A stretch of 64,000 bases of DNA from Mobula hypostoma (taxonomy: Eukaryota): contig NC_086097.1 in assembly GCF_963921235.1 (NCBI RefSeq), positions 247,568,001 to 247,632,000 of the forward strand, in the 5' to 3' direction. Position 1 is the first letter of the stretch, and every line of letters starts with the position of its first letter. The position numbers and the translations under genes are program-made. The notes under the pieces are model-generated. The model was not told the origin of the DNA. It did no database searches and saw only the letters and a program-made list of their open reading frames with translations. Of this stretch, positions 1 through 11,055 are shown piece by piece.

Positions 1-91
1 TTCAAAATAAAATTTATTATCAAAGTATGCACATGTCACCATAAACTGCCTTGAGATTAATTTTCTTGCAGACATTTACAAGAAAAATAAA

Positions 92-2316
92 GATCAAACA
101 CGTCAACAGCCGCAAGGCAGCGGGGCCAGGTGGCATCCCGGGGCGAGTACTCAAAGTGTGCAGAGCGCGGCTGGCTGGTGTGTTCACACACATTTTTAGT
201 CTCTCACTCTCCCAGTGTGTCGTGCCCTTCTGCTCCAAAACAACCACCACTTTCCCTGTACCTAAGAAAACCAAGGTAGCATGTCTGAACGACTGGCGTC
301 CTGTCGCACTCACCTCAATCATAAGCAAATGTTTGAGAGGCTGGTCAAGGACTTCGTCTGCAGCTTGCTACCACCCGCACTGGACCCCCTACGATTCGCC
401 TACCTATCAACAGTCAATGCCATAGCCACAGCACCACACACCATCCTCACTCGCCTGGTGAAGAGGAATGCTTATGTTAGAAGGCTGTTCTTGGACTCAA
501 GTTCAGCTTTCAACACCATAATTCCACCCCGCCCCAGGCTGAACAAGCGCTCAGAGATCTCAGCCTGCACCCCACCTGTGCAACTGGATCCTGGACTGGT
601 TGGCGGATTGCCGGCAGGTGGTAAGGTTGGGGTCCCTCACCTCTGCCCCTCTGACCCTCAACTCCTGAGCCTCCCAGGGCTGTGTCCTCAGCCCCTCCTC
701 TACTCCCTATACACCCACGACTGTGTTGCCATACACAGCTCGAATCTGCTGATCGAATTTGCAGATAACATAACATTGATTGGCCTTATTTTTTTTTAGA
801 TTATGAGGACACTCGGTCCTCGTTTATTGTCATTTAGTAATGCATGCATTAAGAAATGACACAATGTTCCTCCAGCATGGTATCACAGAAACACAAGACA
901 GACCAAGATTAAAAAAACTGACAAAACCCACATAAGTATAACACATAGTTACAACAGTGCAAAGCACTACCATAATTTGATAAAGAACAGACCAAGGGCA
1001 CGGTTAAAAGAAAGTCTCAAAGTCTCGAAAGTCCCATCATCTCACGCAGACGGTAGAAGGAAGAAAACTCTCTTCCTGCCATGAACCTCCAGCGCCGCAA
1101 ACTTGCCGATGTAGCACCCTGGAAGCACCTGACCACAGCTGACTCTTGAGTCCGTCTGAAAACTTCGAGCCTCCACCAGCCCTCTGACACTGAGCACCGT
1201 CTCTGCCGAGCGCTTCGACCCCAGCCCCGGCCGCCAAGCCACAGGCAAAGCCGAGGATTTGGGGCCTTCCCCTCCGGAGATTCTTGATCGCACAGTAGCA
1301 GTGGCAGCGAAGTGGGCATTTCAGAAGTTTCTCCAGATGTTTCTCTGTGCTTCTCACATCTGTCTCCATCAAATCTGGATTGTGCACGGCCTCCTACTTG
1401 ACAAATACAGACATCATGCACCAGAGAGGCCGCGCGTGCTGCATTGCGCCGCCATCTTCTCCTCCCTCATTATTTCCAACAATGATGAGACAGCCTACAG
1501 AGGAGAAGTCATCACCCTGACACAGTGGGACCAAGAAAACAACCTCTTCCTCATTGTCAAAAAATGATGGAGTTGATTGTGGATTACAGGAGGAACGGAG
1601 ACAGGCTAGCCCCTATTGACATCAATTGAACTGTAGTTGAGAGGGTGAGTAGTTTTAAGTTCCTCGGTATACACATCACCGAAGATCTTACCTGGACTGT
1701 ACATACTGGCTGTGTGGTGAAAACAGCACAACAGCGCCTTTTTCATCCCAGACAGCTGAAGAAGTTTGGCATGAGTCCCCAAATCGGCAGGACTTCCTAC
1801 AGGGGCACTATCGAGAGCATCCTGACTGGCTGTATCGCAGCCTGGTATGGGAAGTGTACTTCCCTCAATCGCAGGGCATAGCAGAGTGGTGTGGACAGCC
1901 CAGCACATCTGTGGATGTGAACTGTCCTCTATTCAGGATGTCTACAGCAGCAGGTGTGTAAAAAAGGCCCAGAGGATCATCGGGAACTCTAGCCACCCCA
2001 ACCACAAACTGGTTCAGCTGCTTTCGCCTGGCAAACGGTACCAGAGCATTAAGACCAGGGCCAGCAGGCTCCGGGACAGCTTCTTTCACCAGGCCATCAG
2101 ATTTATCAATACACATTGATCTGATTGTATATCTGACTGTACATACATGTATACAAAACAATTCTGTGTACAATCTTAGTGTTCGGGCAATATCGTCTGA
2201 CATTTCTCCTCTTTATTGATGGTACATTGCCATGGAGACACAACATAAAGATTTTTACTCCCTTATGTTGTAAGATGGTTGTAAGAAATAAAATTCTATT
2301 TTATTCTATTCTATTC
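92..2316 (+). mobile_element. Rex1/Babar-like non-LTR retrotransposon, 5'-truncated, frameshifted RT; interrupted at 792-1469
   Basis: ORF pieces [72 protein letters not shown]; 3' (TTCTA)n-like tail at ~2293-2316. Sits inside an older minus-strand Rex1-type 3' end (1-91 continues at ~2317). Confidence 0.85.
792..1469 (-). mobile_element. Non-coding, non-autonomous retroelement (family copy 1)
   Basis: Splits the Rex1 RT between ...IGLI and SNNDETAYR; TSD TTATTT at 786-791 and 1470-1475; A-tail; homologous to 47088-47714. Confidence 0.8.
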
Positions 2317-3150
2317 AATAGAATTTATGAAACACCATACATAAATAAACACTGACAAAAAAACCAGTGTGTGAATCTCGACAAACTGTGCAAATATCTA
2401 AATAATACTGAGAATGTGAGTTGTAAGGAGTTCTTGAGAGTGAATCTGTAGGTTGTGGAATCAGTTCAGTGTTGAAGTGAGTGAAGTTATCCACGATGGT
2501 TCAGGAGCCTGATGGTCATAGAGTAATAACTGCTCCTGAACTTGGTGGTGTGGGACTTAAAGCTTCTGCATCACCTTCTGACGGGAGTAGTGAGAATAGA
2601 GCAGGCCTGGTTGATGGGTGTCTTTGATCATTCGTGCCGCTTTCTTGTGGCACTGCTTCATGTCGATATGTTCAAAGGTGGGAACAACTTTTCCTGTGAT
2701 GGACTGGGCTGTGTCCAACACTTTCCGTTTCCGGGCATTTGTGTTTCCTTTGATATAACAATGCCAAGGAATTTAAACTGGCCCTCTCCACCTCCATTCC
2801 CCTAATGAGGAATGGCTCATGGTCCTCTGGCACCTTCCTCCTGTAGTATAACGCAAGTAGAGCAGATATCTACAGCCCTGTGCACCACCTGGGCTGATGG
2901 TGAGTGTGGAGGAGATCCATATCAAGTGAACTCAATGGAGGGCAGGGTTTTACCCGTGATTAACTGGGTTGCATCTACTACTGTTTCTAGGCTTTTCCAC
3001 TGCTTGGTATTGGTGTTCCCTTACCAAGCTATGATGCAACCACTCAATATGCTACTCTCCACTGCTCATCTACGGAAGTTTGTTAAAGTTTTAGATAACA
3101 AGCCGAATTTATGCAACCTTCTAACAAAGTAGGAGCACTGCAATGACTTC
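2317..3150 (-). mobile_element. Degenerate Rex1-like LINE 3' fragments
   Basis: Similar to other minus-strand Rex1-type 3' ends in the window (9990-10270, 55000-55680, 61335-61765). Confidence 0.6.
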
Positions 3151-3153
3151 ACT

Positions 3154-4590
3154 TAGAACCATAGAACCACAGAACATTACAGCACAGAGACAGGCCTTTT
3201 GGCCCTTCTTGGCTGTGCCGAACCATTTTTCTGCCTAGTCCCACTGACCTGCACCTGGACCATATCCCTCCATACACCTCCCATCCATGTACCTGTCCAA
3301 GTTTTTCTTAAATGTTAAAAGTGAGCCCGCATTTACCACTTCATCTGGCAGCTCATTCCATACTCCCACCACTCTCTGTGTGAAGAAGCCCTCCTTGATG
3401 TTTCCTTTAAACTTTTCCCCCCTCACCCTTAACCCATGTCCTCTGGTCTTTTTCTCCCCTTGCCTCAGTGGAAAAAGTCTGCTTGCATTCACTCTATCTA
3501 TACCCATCATAATTTTATATACCTCTATCAAATCTCCCCTCATTCTTCTACGCTCCAGGGAATAAAGTCCTAACCTATTCAACCTTTCTCTGTAATTCAC
3601 TTTCTCAAGTCCCGGCAACATCCTTGTAAACCTTATCTGCACTCTTTCAACCTTATTTATACCCTTCCTGTAATTTGGTGACCAAAACTGAACATAATAC
3701 TCCAGATTCGGCCTCACCGATGCCTTATACAACCTCATCATAACATTCCAGCTCTTATACTCAATACTTTGATTAATAATGGCCAATGTACCAAAAGCTC
3801 TCTTTAGGACCCTATCTACCTGTGACGCCACTTTTAGGGAATCTTGTATCTGTATTCCCAGATCCCTCTGTTCTACTGCACTCCTCAGTGCCTTACCATT
3901 TACCCTGTATGTTCTACCTTGGTTTGTCCTTCCAACGTGCAATACCTCACACTTGTCTGTATTAAACTCCATCTGCCATTTTTCAGCCCATTTTTCCAGC
4001 TGGTCCAAATCCCTCTGCAAGCTTTGAAAACCTTCCTCACTGTCCACTACACCTCCAATCTTTGTATCATCAGCAAATTTCCTGATCCAATTTACTACCT
4101 TATCATCCAAATCATTGATATAGATGACAAATAACAATGGACCCAGCACTGATCCCTGTGGCACACCACAAGTCACAGGCCTCCACTCTGAGAAGCAATC
4201 CTCTACTACCACTCTTTGGCTTCTTCCACTGACCCAATGTCCAACCCAATTTACTACCTCTCCATGTATACCTAGCGATTGAATCTTCCTAACTAACCTC
4301 CCATGCGGGACCTTGTCAAAGGCCTTACTGAAGATCATGTAGACAACATCCACTGCCTTCCCTTCATCCACTTTCCTGGTAACCTCCTCGAAAAACTCTA
4401 AGAGATTGGTTAAACATGACCTGCCACACACAAAGCCATGTTGACTCTCCCTCATAAGTCCCTGGTCTATCCAAATATGTGTAGATCCTATCTCTCAGTA
4501 CTGCTTCCAATAATTTACCTACTACCGACATCTAACTTACCGACCTATAATTTCCCAGATTACTTTTAGAGCCTTTTTTAAATAATGGAA
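3154..4590 (-). mobile_element. CR1 LINE, 5'-truncated (young family A)
   Basis: RT ORF plus 3' UTR with (GGTTCTAT)n-like tail; near-identical to 27680-28843 and 48980-49721. Confidence 0.95.
3235..4455 (-). CDS. CR1 ORF2 reverse transcriptase, C-terminal 406 aa (5'-truncated)
   Basis: QHGF..SCLTNL, FSKAFDKVPH, GVPQGSVLGP, KFADDTK motifs. Confidence 0.9.
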   Translation of the reverse strand: MRESQHGFVCGRSCLTNLLEFFEEVTRKVDEGKAVDVVYMIFSKAFDKVPHGRLVRKIQSLGIHGEVVNWVGHWVSGRSQRVVVEDCFSEWRPVTCGVPQGSVLGPLLFVIYINDLDDKVVNWIRKFADDTKIGGVVDSEEGFQSLQRDLDQLEKWAEKWQMEFNTDKCEVLHVGRTNQGRTYRVNGKALRSAVEQRDLGIQIQDSLKVASQVDRVLKRAFGTLAIINQSIEYKSWNVMMRLYKASVRPNLEYYVQFWSPNYRKGINKVERVQIRFTRMLPGLEKVNYRERLNRLGLYSLERRRMRGDLIEVYKIMMGIDRVNASRLFPLRQGEKKTRGHGLRVRGEKFKGNIKEGFFTQRVVGVWNELPDEVVNAGSLLTFKKNLDRYMDGRCMEGYGPGAGQWD

Positions 4591-5344
4591 CTTAAATAAC
4601 TTTCTTAGAAGTTTCCTTAAAGGTTTCATAGAAGTATTATGCAAATTAGGAATTTGGGTCAATGGTTCAATGGTTCCACTTGTTAGCAGAGAATGCATGC
4701 AGTTTACAACCTGAAATTCTTACTCTTTGCAGACATCCATGAAACAGAAGAAAAACTCCAAAGAATGAATGACATAAATGAACTTCAATATGCATCCGAG
4801 ATAGATTTACAATCATCATAATTTCTTGCGAGCTACTGTGATTCAAAGCAACCAGTTGTGGGTTGCAGCACGAACGCAAAGCTGTGCTTTAATTCTGTCT
4901 GATTACAACTGGGACCTTCAGCGTCAGAAGATCAGTAGCAATATTGATATCGTGAAGATTACCATCCTGGCACCAGCCACTACAAATCAGGAAGAAATAT
5001 TTTACATCCTATCCTCGAAAGAGATGATAATTTTGCTGGGGCAATTAGAGATACCCTGTGTAAGGCAGGATAAATTACTACACTGCTGAAGGTTGGCAGG
5101 CTCACTGGTCTGGTCCATATAAAGATACCTGCTTCTATATTGTAGCATAGTTGCATTATCAGTTAACAAAGGGCACGCCAGGAAATCAGATCTTGGTAGT
5201 TAAACGCTTTGCATGATGATGTTATATGAAATGTTCTACACAGAGCTACCTCAAGTGGACTGGATAAGATGAAAGGTATTAGTGTTTCTGAACACTACCT
5301 CACTAGTTTGCTCTCTTCTAGTAGTACAGAACTTATTTAATCAT

Positions 5345-5930
5345 TGTGGTTTGTTGAGGTTGTTGAACTAGGGGTGGTAATGGGGACAACCTCCCACTAT
5401 CTTTTAAATGCTCCCAATGGCATGCACTTCAAATAGCCTCCGACAACCAAGTCCAACTGCTGGCCTTTACGTCTGGCTTAGCTAGTAAACCTGGCGGAAC
5501 TGTTTCTACTGACAGGAGAAGGGGCAGAAGCATGTCTGGCACCGAAATACCAGTCACTCTGGGCAGGTGGGGCTCATCGGCCACGGGCGGCAGCTCATCC
5601 AGGAGAGGGGAAATTACAATCTCAAACCTCCGCTGCCTTGCTGCTGTACCCACTCATCGGGAAGGCTTTGGGAGTGAACCTCGAAGGAAAGATCTGGAAC
5701 TGGAATCCCTACATTGAGTTCAACGCTGACTGGCAACTCCTGTGGCTTTGCTGGTGCTAAACTGCATTGGTCTCTGCCGTTCCTTCGGATTCATCAAATG
5801 CGTGGAGAGGGGGAGCTCACTGCATCGAGAGCAGAGGCAGCAGCCTGCTCTCCATATCGTACTGACCTGGCCTCTGTATCTCGACAACTAAGACACAACA
5901 TCCCTGGTCGACCCTGACCAATGGAGGTCT
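5345..5930 (+). mobile_element. RTE-clade 5'UTR-derived non-autonomous (bipartite) element, copy 1
   Basis: Contains GGCAGCTCATCCAGGAGAGGGGAAATT..AAACCTCCGCTGCCTTG, which resembles vertebrate RTE 5'UTRs (from recall); second copy at ~51195-51805; no RT. Confidence 0.6.
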
Positions 5931-6277
5931 CTGATTCCTTATTGTAACTTACAGAGTTTTTTATGTATTGAAGTGTACTGCTGTCACAAAACAACATATC
6001 TCACAATATACATCAGTGACAAAAAACCTGGTTCTGATTCAATTCATGGAAGTCATCCACAAAGCTATGACAACAAATATACATAGACTTGGCAGAGTTA
6101 GAAAATGAATACTTGTTTTTGGAGATTGATAATCGACTCTGGCAGTCCTGCAGACATCTTGAGGAGCTTAAGACACACAAAATGCTGGAGGAATGATTTC
6201 AGGCAGTACCTATGGAGGGGAAATTTCTATTTTGATGAGTTGCTACATAAATATTGCTGAGTTAGAAAGTGAATAAT

Positions 6278-6446
6278 TAGAAACATAGAAACAGAGAAAA
6301 CATACAGCACAAACCTTTGGCGCACAAAGCTGTGCCGAACATGCCCCTACCTTAGAACTACCTAGGCTTTACCCATAGCCCTCTATTTTTCTAAGCTCCG
6401 TGTAGCCATCCAGGAGTCTCTTAAAAGACCCTATCGTTTCCGCCTC
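6278..6446 (-). mobile_element. CR1 3' end fragment
   Basis: (TAGAAACA)n tail and GSFKRLLDGY..IEGYG C-terminus. Confidence 0.8.
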
Positions 6447-6790
6447 TTGTTCTTGGAGATTGATCATCAACTCAGGCAGTCCTGTAGACACTTTGAGGAG
6501 ATTGTTTGCATTATAAATCATACCCTCTCTCCTAAAACAGTGGCCACTGAGTGTATGTTCATGATCTTCTGCTGCTGTAGCCCAGCCACTTCGAGGTTCA
6601 ATGTGTTGTGTGATCAGAGATGCTCTTCTGCACACCACTGATGTCACGTGTGACTATCTGAGTTACTGTCACCTTCCTGTCAGCTTGAACCAGTCTAGCC
6701 ATTCTCCTCTGACCTCTCTCATTAACAAGCAACACACACAAAATGTTGGTGGAACACAGCAGGCCAGGCAGCATCTATAGGAAGATGTAC

Positions 6791-6826
6791 AGTCGACATT
6801 TCGGGTCGAGACCCTTCATCAGGACT
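6791..6826 (-). ncRNA. Minimal type-I hammerhead ribozyme motif (PLE)
   Basis: Reverse complement AGTC CTGATGA A GGGT CTCG ACCC GAAA TGTC GACT. Confidence 0.75.
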
Positions 6827-6889
6827 AACGGAAAAAAGGGATAGTAGGAGATTTGAAAGTGGGAGGGGGAGGGGGAAATCCGAAACGAT

Positions 6890-7190
6890 ACAATGATACA
6901 CTGATACACTGCTCAATACAAGAGGACATGGCTTTAAGGTAAGGGGTGGGAAGTTCAAGGGGGATATTAGAGGAAGGTTTTTTACTCAGAGAGTGGTTGG
7001 TGCGTGGAATGCACTGCCTGAGTCAGTGGTGGAGGCAGATACACTAGTGAAGTTTAAGAGACTACTAGACAGGTATATAGAGGAATTTAAGGTGGGGGTT
7101 TATATGGGAGGCAGGGTTTGAGGGTCGGCACAACATTGTGGGCCGAAGGGCCTGTAATGTGCTGTACTATTCTATGTTCTGTGTTCTATG
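6890..7190 (+). mobile_element. CR1 3' end inserted in the PLE
   Basis: TRGHGFKVRGGKFKG-encoding sequence and TTCTATG tail; same family as 27313-27679. Confidence 0.85.
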
Positions 7191-8989
7191 ATAGGAGAAG
7201 ACAGGAGGGGGAGGGATGAAGCTAAGAGCTGGGAAGTTGATTGGCAAAAGGGATACAAGGCTGGAGAAGGGAGAGGATCATGGGACGGAAGGCCTTGGAA
7301 GAAAGAAAGGGGGAGGGGAGCACCAAAGGAAGATGGAGAACAGGCAAAGAGTTATTGTGAGAGGGACAGAGAGAAGAAAAAAAAATAAAATAAAATAAAA
7401 ATAAGGGATGGGGTAAAAAGGGGATGAGGGGCATTAGCAGAAGTTAGAGAAATCGATGTTCATGCCATCAAGTTGGAGGCTACCCAGACGGAATATAAGG
7501 TGTTGTTCCTCCAACCTGAGTGTGGCTTCATCTTGACAGTAGAGGAGGCCGTGGATAGACATGTCAGAATGGGAATGGGACGTGGAATTAAAATGTGTGG
7601 CCCCTGGGAGATCCTGCTTCCTCTGGTGGACAGAGCGTAGGTATTCAGTGAAGCAGTCTGCCAATCTGTGTCGGGTCTCACTACTATATAGAAGGCTGCA
7701 CCGGGAGCACCGGATGCAGTATATCACACCAGCAGACTCACAGGTGAAGTGTTGCCTCACCTGGAAGGACTGTCTGGGACCCTGAATGGTGGTGAGGGAG
7801 GAAGTGTAAGGACATGTGTAGCACTTGTTCCGCTTACAAGGATAAGTGCCAGGAGGAAGATCAGTGGGGAGGGATGGGGGGGACGAATGGACAAGTGAGT
7901 CATGTAGGGAGCGATCCATGCTGAAAGCAGAGAGAGGGGGGAAGAGGGAAAGATGTGCTTGGTGGTGGGATCCCGTTGGAGATGGCGGAAGTTACGGAGA
8001 ATTATATATTGGACCCGGAGGCTGGTGGGGTGGTAGGTGAGGACAAGGGGAACCCTATCCCTAGTGGGGTGGCGGGAAGATGGGGTGAGAGCAGATGTGC
8101 GTGAAATAGGAGAGATGCATCCCATTCCCATTGAATTTCCAGCATCTGCAGATTTTCTCGTGTTTGCGTCTCTCATTAATAAGGGTTTTTTGCCCACAGA
8201 ACTGCCACTCACCGGGTCATTTTCTGCTTGTTTCTCGCACCATTCTTTGTAAACTCTTGAAACGGTTGTGTGTGAAACTCTGAAGAGATCAGTAATTTCT
8301 GAGATACTTGAATCACCCCATCTGGCTAAATTTGTCTGGTACGATGATGGTGCGTACGAATGCAGCAGCCTCTCGGGGGCCAAACAAAGGTGCTTTTCTC
8401 TTTGTAAAATTTGTTTTTTTACACTCCAAAGATAACTCTGCTGTAAGAACTTCAAGTATTGCAGGGCTGCTCCATCAGTGAGTTGCTCGTAGATTGGAGT
8501 AGCGGGACTCCGGGACTCTTGCCGGCAGTGGAGTCAGTTGAGGTGTCAAAGGGGCCAGCCATGATATTGGAGAAGGAGTGGGACGAGATGTCAAAGGGGC
8601 TGGCTGGGATGTTGGAGAAGGACCTGGTCGGGAAAGGAAATAATCGGGATGTCAGAGTAGACTGCTGGGTTATCAGAGGAGCTGGCCGAGGTGCTGGAGG
8701 AACTGGTTTGGGATATTGGAGGAGCCTGTCTGGCTTCGGAGGAGCTGCAGACCGTACTACTACTACTACTTCCCACTACTCGGAAGCTTCAGATACTCGG
8801 TGCAGTGTAACTGTGGGAGGTTCCGTGGGAGAAGCGAAACTCTTGATGAACCAGGTGCCAGTGGTTAGCGCTCCGAACAGAGCCCTGAGAAACTCCTGCA
8901 CTAATGTGCTGCAGTGATTGACCTCCAATGAGCAGCAGCATCTTCCGCTGTGTGAAATCATGATCCAGTCACTGGAGCAGATTGGATGT

Positions 8990-9955
8990 CCACCACACCA
9001 GCCTCCACGTCCAGCACATAATTCTCTGAAACTTCCGCCATCTCCAGCGAGCTCCCATCACCAAGCACATCTTTCCCTTCCCCCCACTTTCTGCTTTCTG
9101 CAGGGATCGCTCCCTACGTGACTCCCTTGTCCATTCATCCCTCCCCACTGATCTTCCTCCTGGCACTTATCCTTGCAAGCAGAACAAGTGCTACACCTGC
9201 CCCTCCACCTCCTCCCTCACTACCATCCAGGGCCCTAAACAGTCCTTCCAGATGAGGCAACACTTCACCTGTGAGTCTGTTGGAGTCATTTTCTGTGTCT
9301 GGTGCTCCCGGTGTGGCCTCCTGTATATCGGTGAGACCCGACATAGACTGGGAGTCCGCTTTGCCGAGCATCCACACTCCGTCCGCCAGAACAAGCGCGA
9401 TCTCCCAGTGGCCATCCATTTTAATTCCACTTCCCATTCTGATATGTCAATCCATGGCCTCCTCCACTGTTGTGATGAGGTCACACTTAGGTTGGAGGAA
9501 CAACACCTTATATTCTGTTTGGGTAGCCTCCAACTTGATGGCATGAACATCGATTTCTCAAACTTCCAGTAATGGCCCCTATCCTCCTCTCGTTTACCAT
9601 TTCCCACCCCTTCTCCCTCTCTCACCTTATCTCCTTGCCTGACCATTGCCTTCCTCAGGTGCTCCTCCCCCTTTTCTTTCTTCCATGTCCTTGTCTCTTT
9701 CACCAATTTACTTCCCAGCTCTTTACTTCACCTCCCCCCCCCCTTTCTGGTTTCAACCCGGACTTCATGTTTCTCTCTCTCCTCCGCCCACCTTTTAAAT
9801 CTACTCCTCAGCTTTTTTCTCCAGTCCTGCCAAAGTGTTTTGGCCTGAAACGTCGACTGTACCTTTTTCCATAGATGCTGCCTGGTCTGCTAAGTTCCGC
9901 CAGCATTTTGTGTGTGTTACTTGGATTTCCAGCATTTATAGATTTTCTCTTGTTT
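8990..9955 (+). mobile_element. Penelope-like element 3' part (GIY-YIG fragment and terminal repeat with degenerate hammerhead at 9822-9859)
   Basis: ORF 9252-9572 GVIFCVWCSRCGLLYIGET..LEEQHLIF. Confidence 0.9.
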
Positions 9956-10336
9956 ATGATTGGAGCACATTTCCCTTGATACACATGGGCCTCAAAGTCA
10001 AAGTGAATTTATGGGCAAAGTATGAATATGCTTTATTCATTTTGAAATGAGATTCATTTTCTTGCAAGTATTTACAGGGAAATAAAGAAATACAATAGAT
10101 TTTATGAAAAATTATATATAAGCAGGGAATATCAAACAACCAATGTGCAAGTAAATAAATACTGAGAGCATGAGTTGTATAGTCCTTGAAGGTGAGTCTG
10201 TCAGCTGTGGAATCTAACAGTGTTGTGGTGAGTGAAGTTACCTACACAGGTTCTGAGACATGATGGATAATGGTCATGGGTGATTTCCTCAGTGTTAATT
10301 ACAGACCATGTTATATGGAAAGATGGCAGAAAAGGT

Positions 10337-10655
10337 GGGCGCAATGGTAGCATCGTGGTTAGTGTGGTACTGTTACAGTTCGGGGCGTTCTGGGGTTCAG
10401 AGTTTAAACATGGTGCTGTTCTATAAGGAGTCTCTGTACACCCTCTCCGTGGAATATGTGGGCTTTCCCCAGCTGCTCCAGATTCCTCCCTCAGTCCAGA
10501 GACGTATCGAAAAGGTTAACAGGTCATTGTAAATTGCCCTGTGATTAGGTTAGGGTTCATTGATGTTGTGGGGTTTCTGAGTTGGTGTGACTCGAAGGGC
10601 CAGAAGGGGCAATTCTGTGCTGTATCACTAAATACTAATAAATAAACAAATAAAA
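10337..10655 (+). mobile_element. V-SINE (HE1-like): tRNA-derived head, V-domain, CR1-like tail
   Basis: GGTAGCATCGTGGTTAG head; V-like GTGGGCTTTCCCCAGCTGCTCCAGATTCCTCCC; GGGCCAGAAGGG..CTGTGCTGTA tail. Confidence 0.65.
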
Positions 10656-11055
10656 GGGTCAGTCACATCATGAAGGATCCCACCCACCCTGCTCATCGTC
10701 TGTTTGTCCCTCTCCCATCAGGGAGGAGGCTACGTAGCATCCATGCCAGAACCACCAGACTCAAGCACAGTTACTTCCCCCAAGCGGTACGGCTGATCAA
10801 CACCCGTTAACCCCATCCACCACAATCCCCCAACTCATAAGACCATAAGCCCATTAGGTATAGGAGCAGAAATAAGCCACTGGGCCCTTCGAGTTTGCTC
10901 TGCCATTTCATCATGGCTGATCCAATTTTCTTTTCAGCCCCAGTCTCCTGCTTTCTCCCCGTACCCTGACTGGTCAAGAGTCTACCACCCTCTGCCATAA
11001 CGTACATAAAGACTTGGCCTTCACAGCTGCCTGTGGCAAAGAATTCCGCAGATTC

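Larger units (their letters stand above)
6730..8168 (-). mobile_element. Penelope-like element, 5'-truncated: GIY-YIG region plus terminal repeat, with an inverted terminal-repeat piece at ~8121-8168
   Basis: ORF 7434-7919 matches the C-terminus of 15159-16520; flanked by TCTCTCATTAA(C/T)AAG at 6715-6729 and 8169-8183. Confidence 0.9.
6535..8325 (-). mobile_element. Tc1-derived non-autonomous element fragment (6535-6729 plus 8169-8325) split by a PLE insertion
   Basis: Both pieces align contiguously with 52333-52867 and 62737-63035. Confidence 0.75.

Noticed and set aside
7757..8455. 232-aa ORF as a novel fusion protein
   Set aside because: Accidental read-through across unknown sequence, a Tc1 fragment and PLE sequence.
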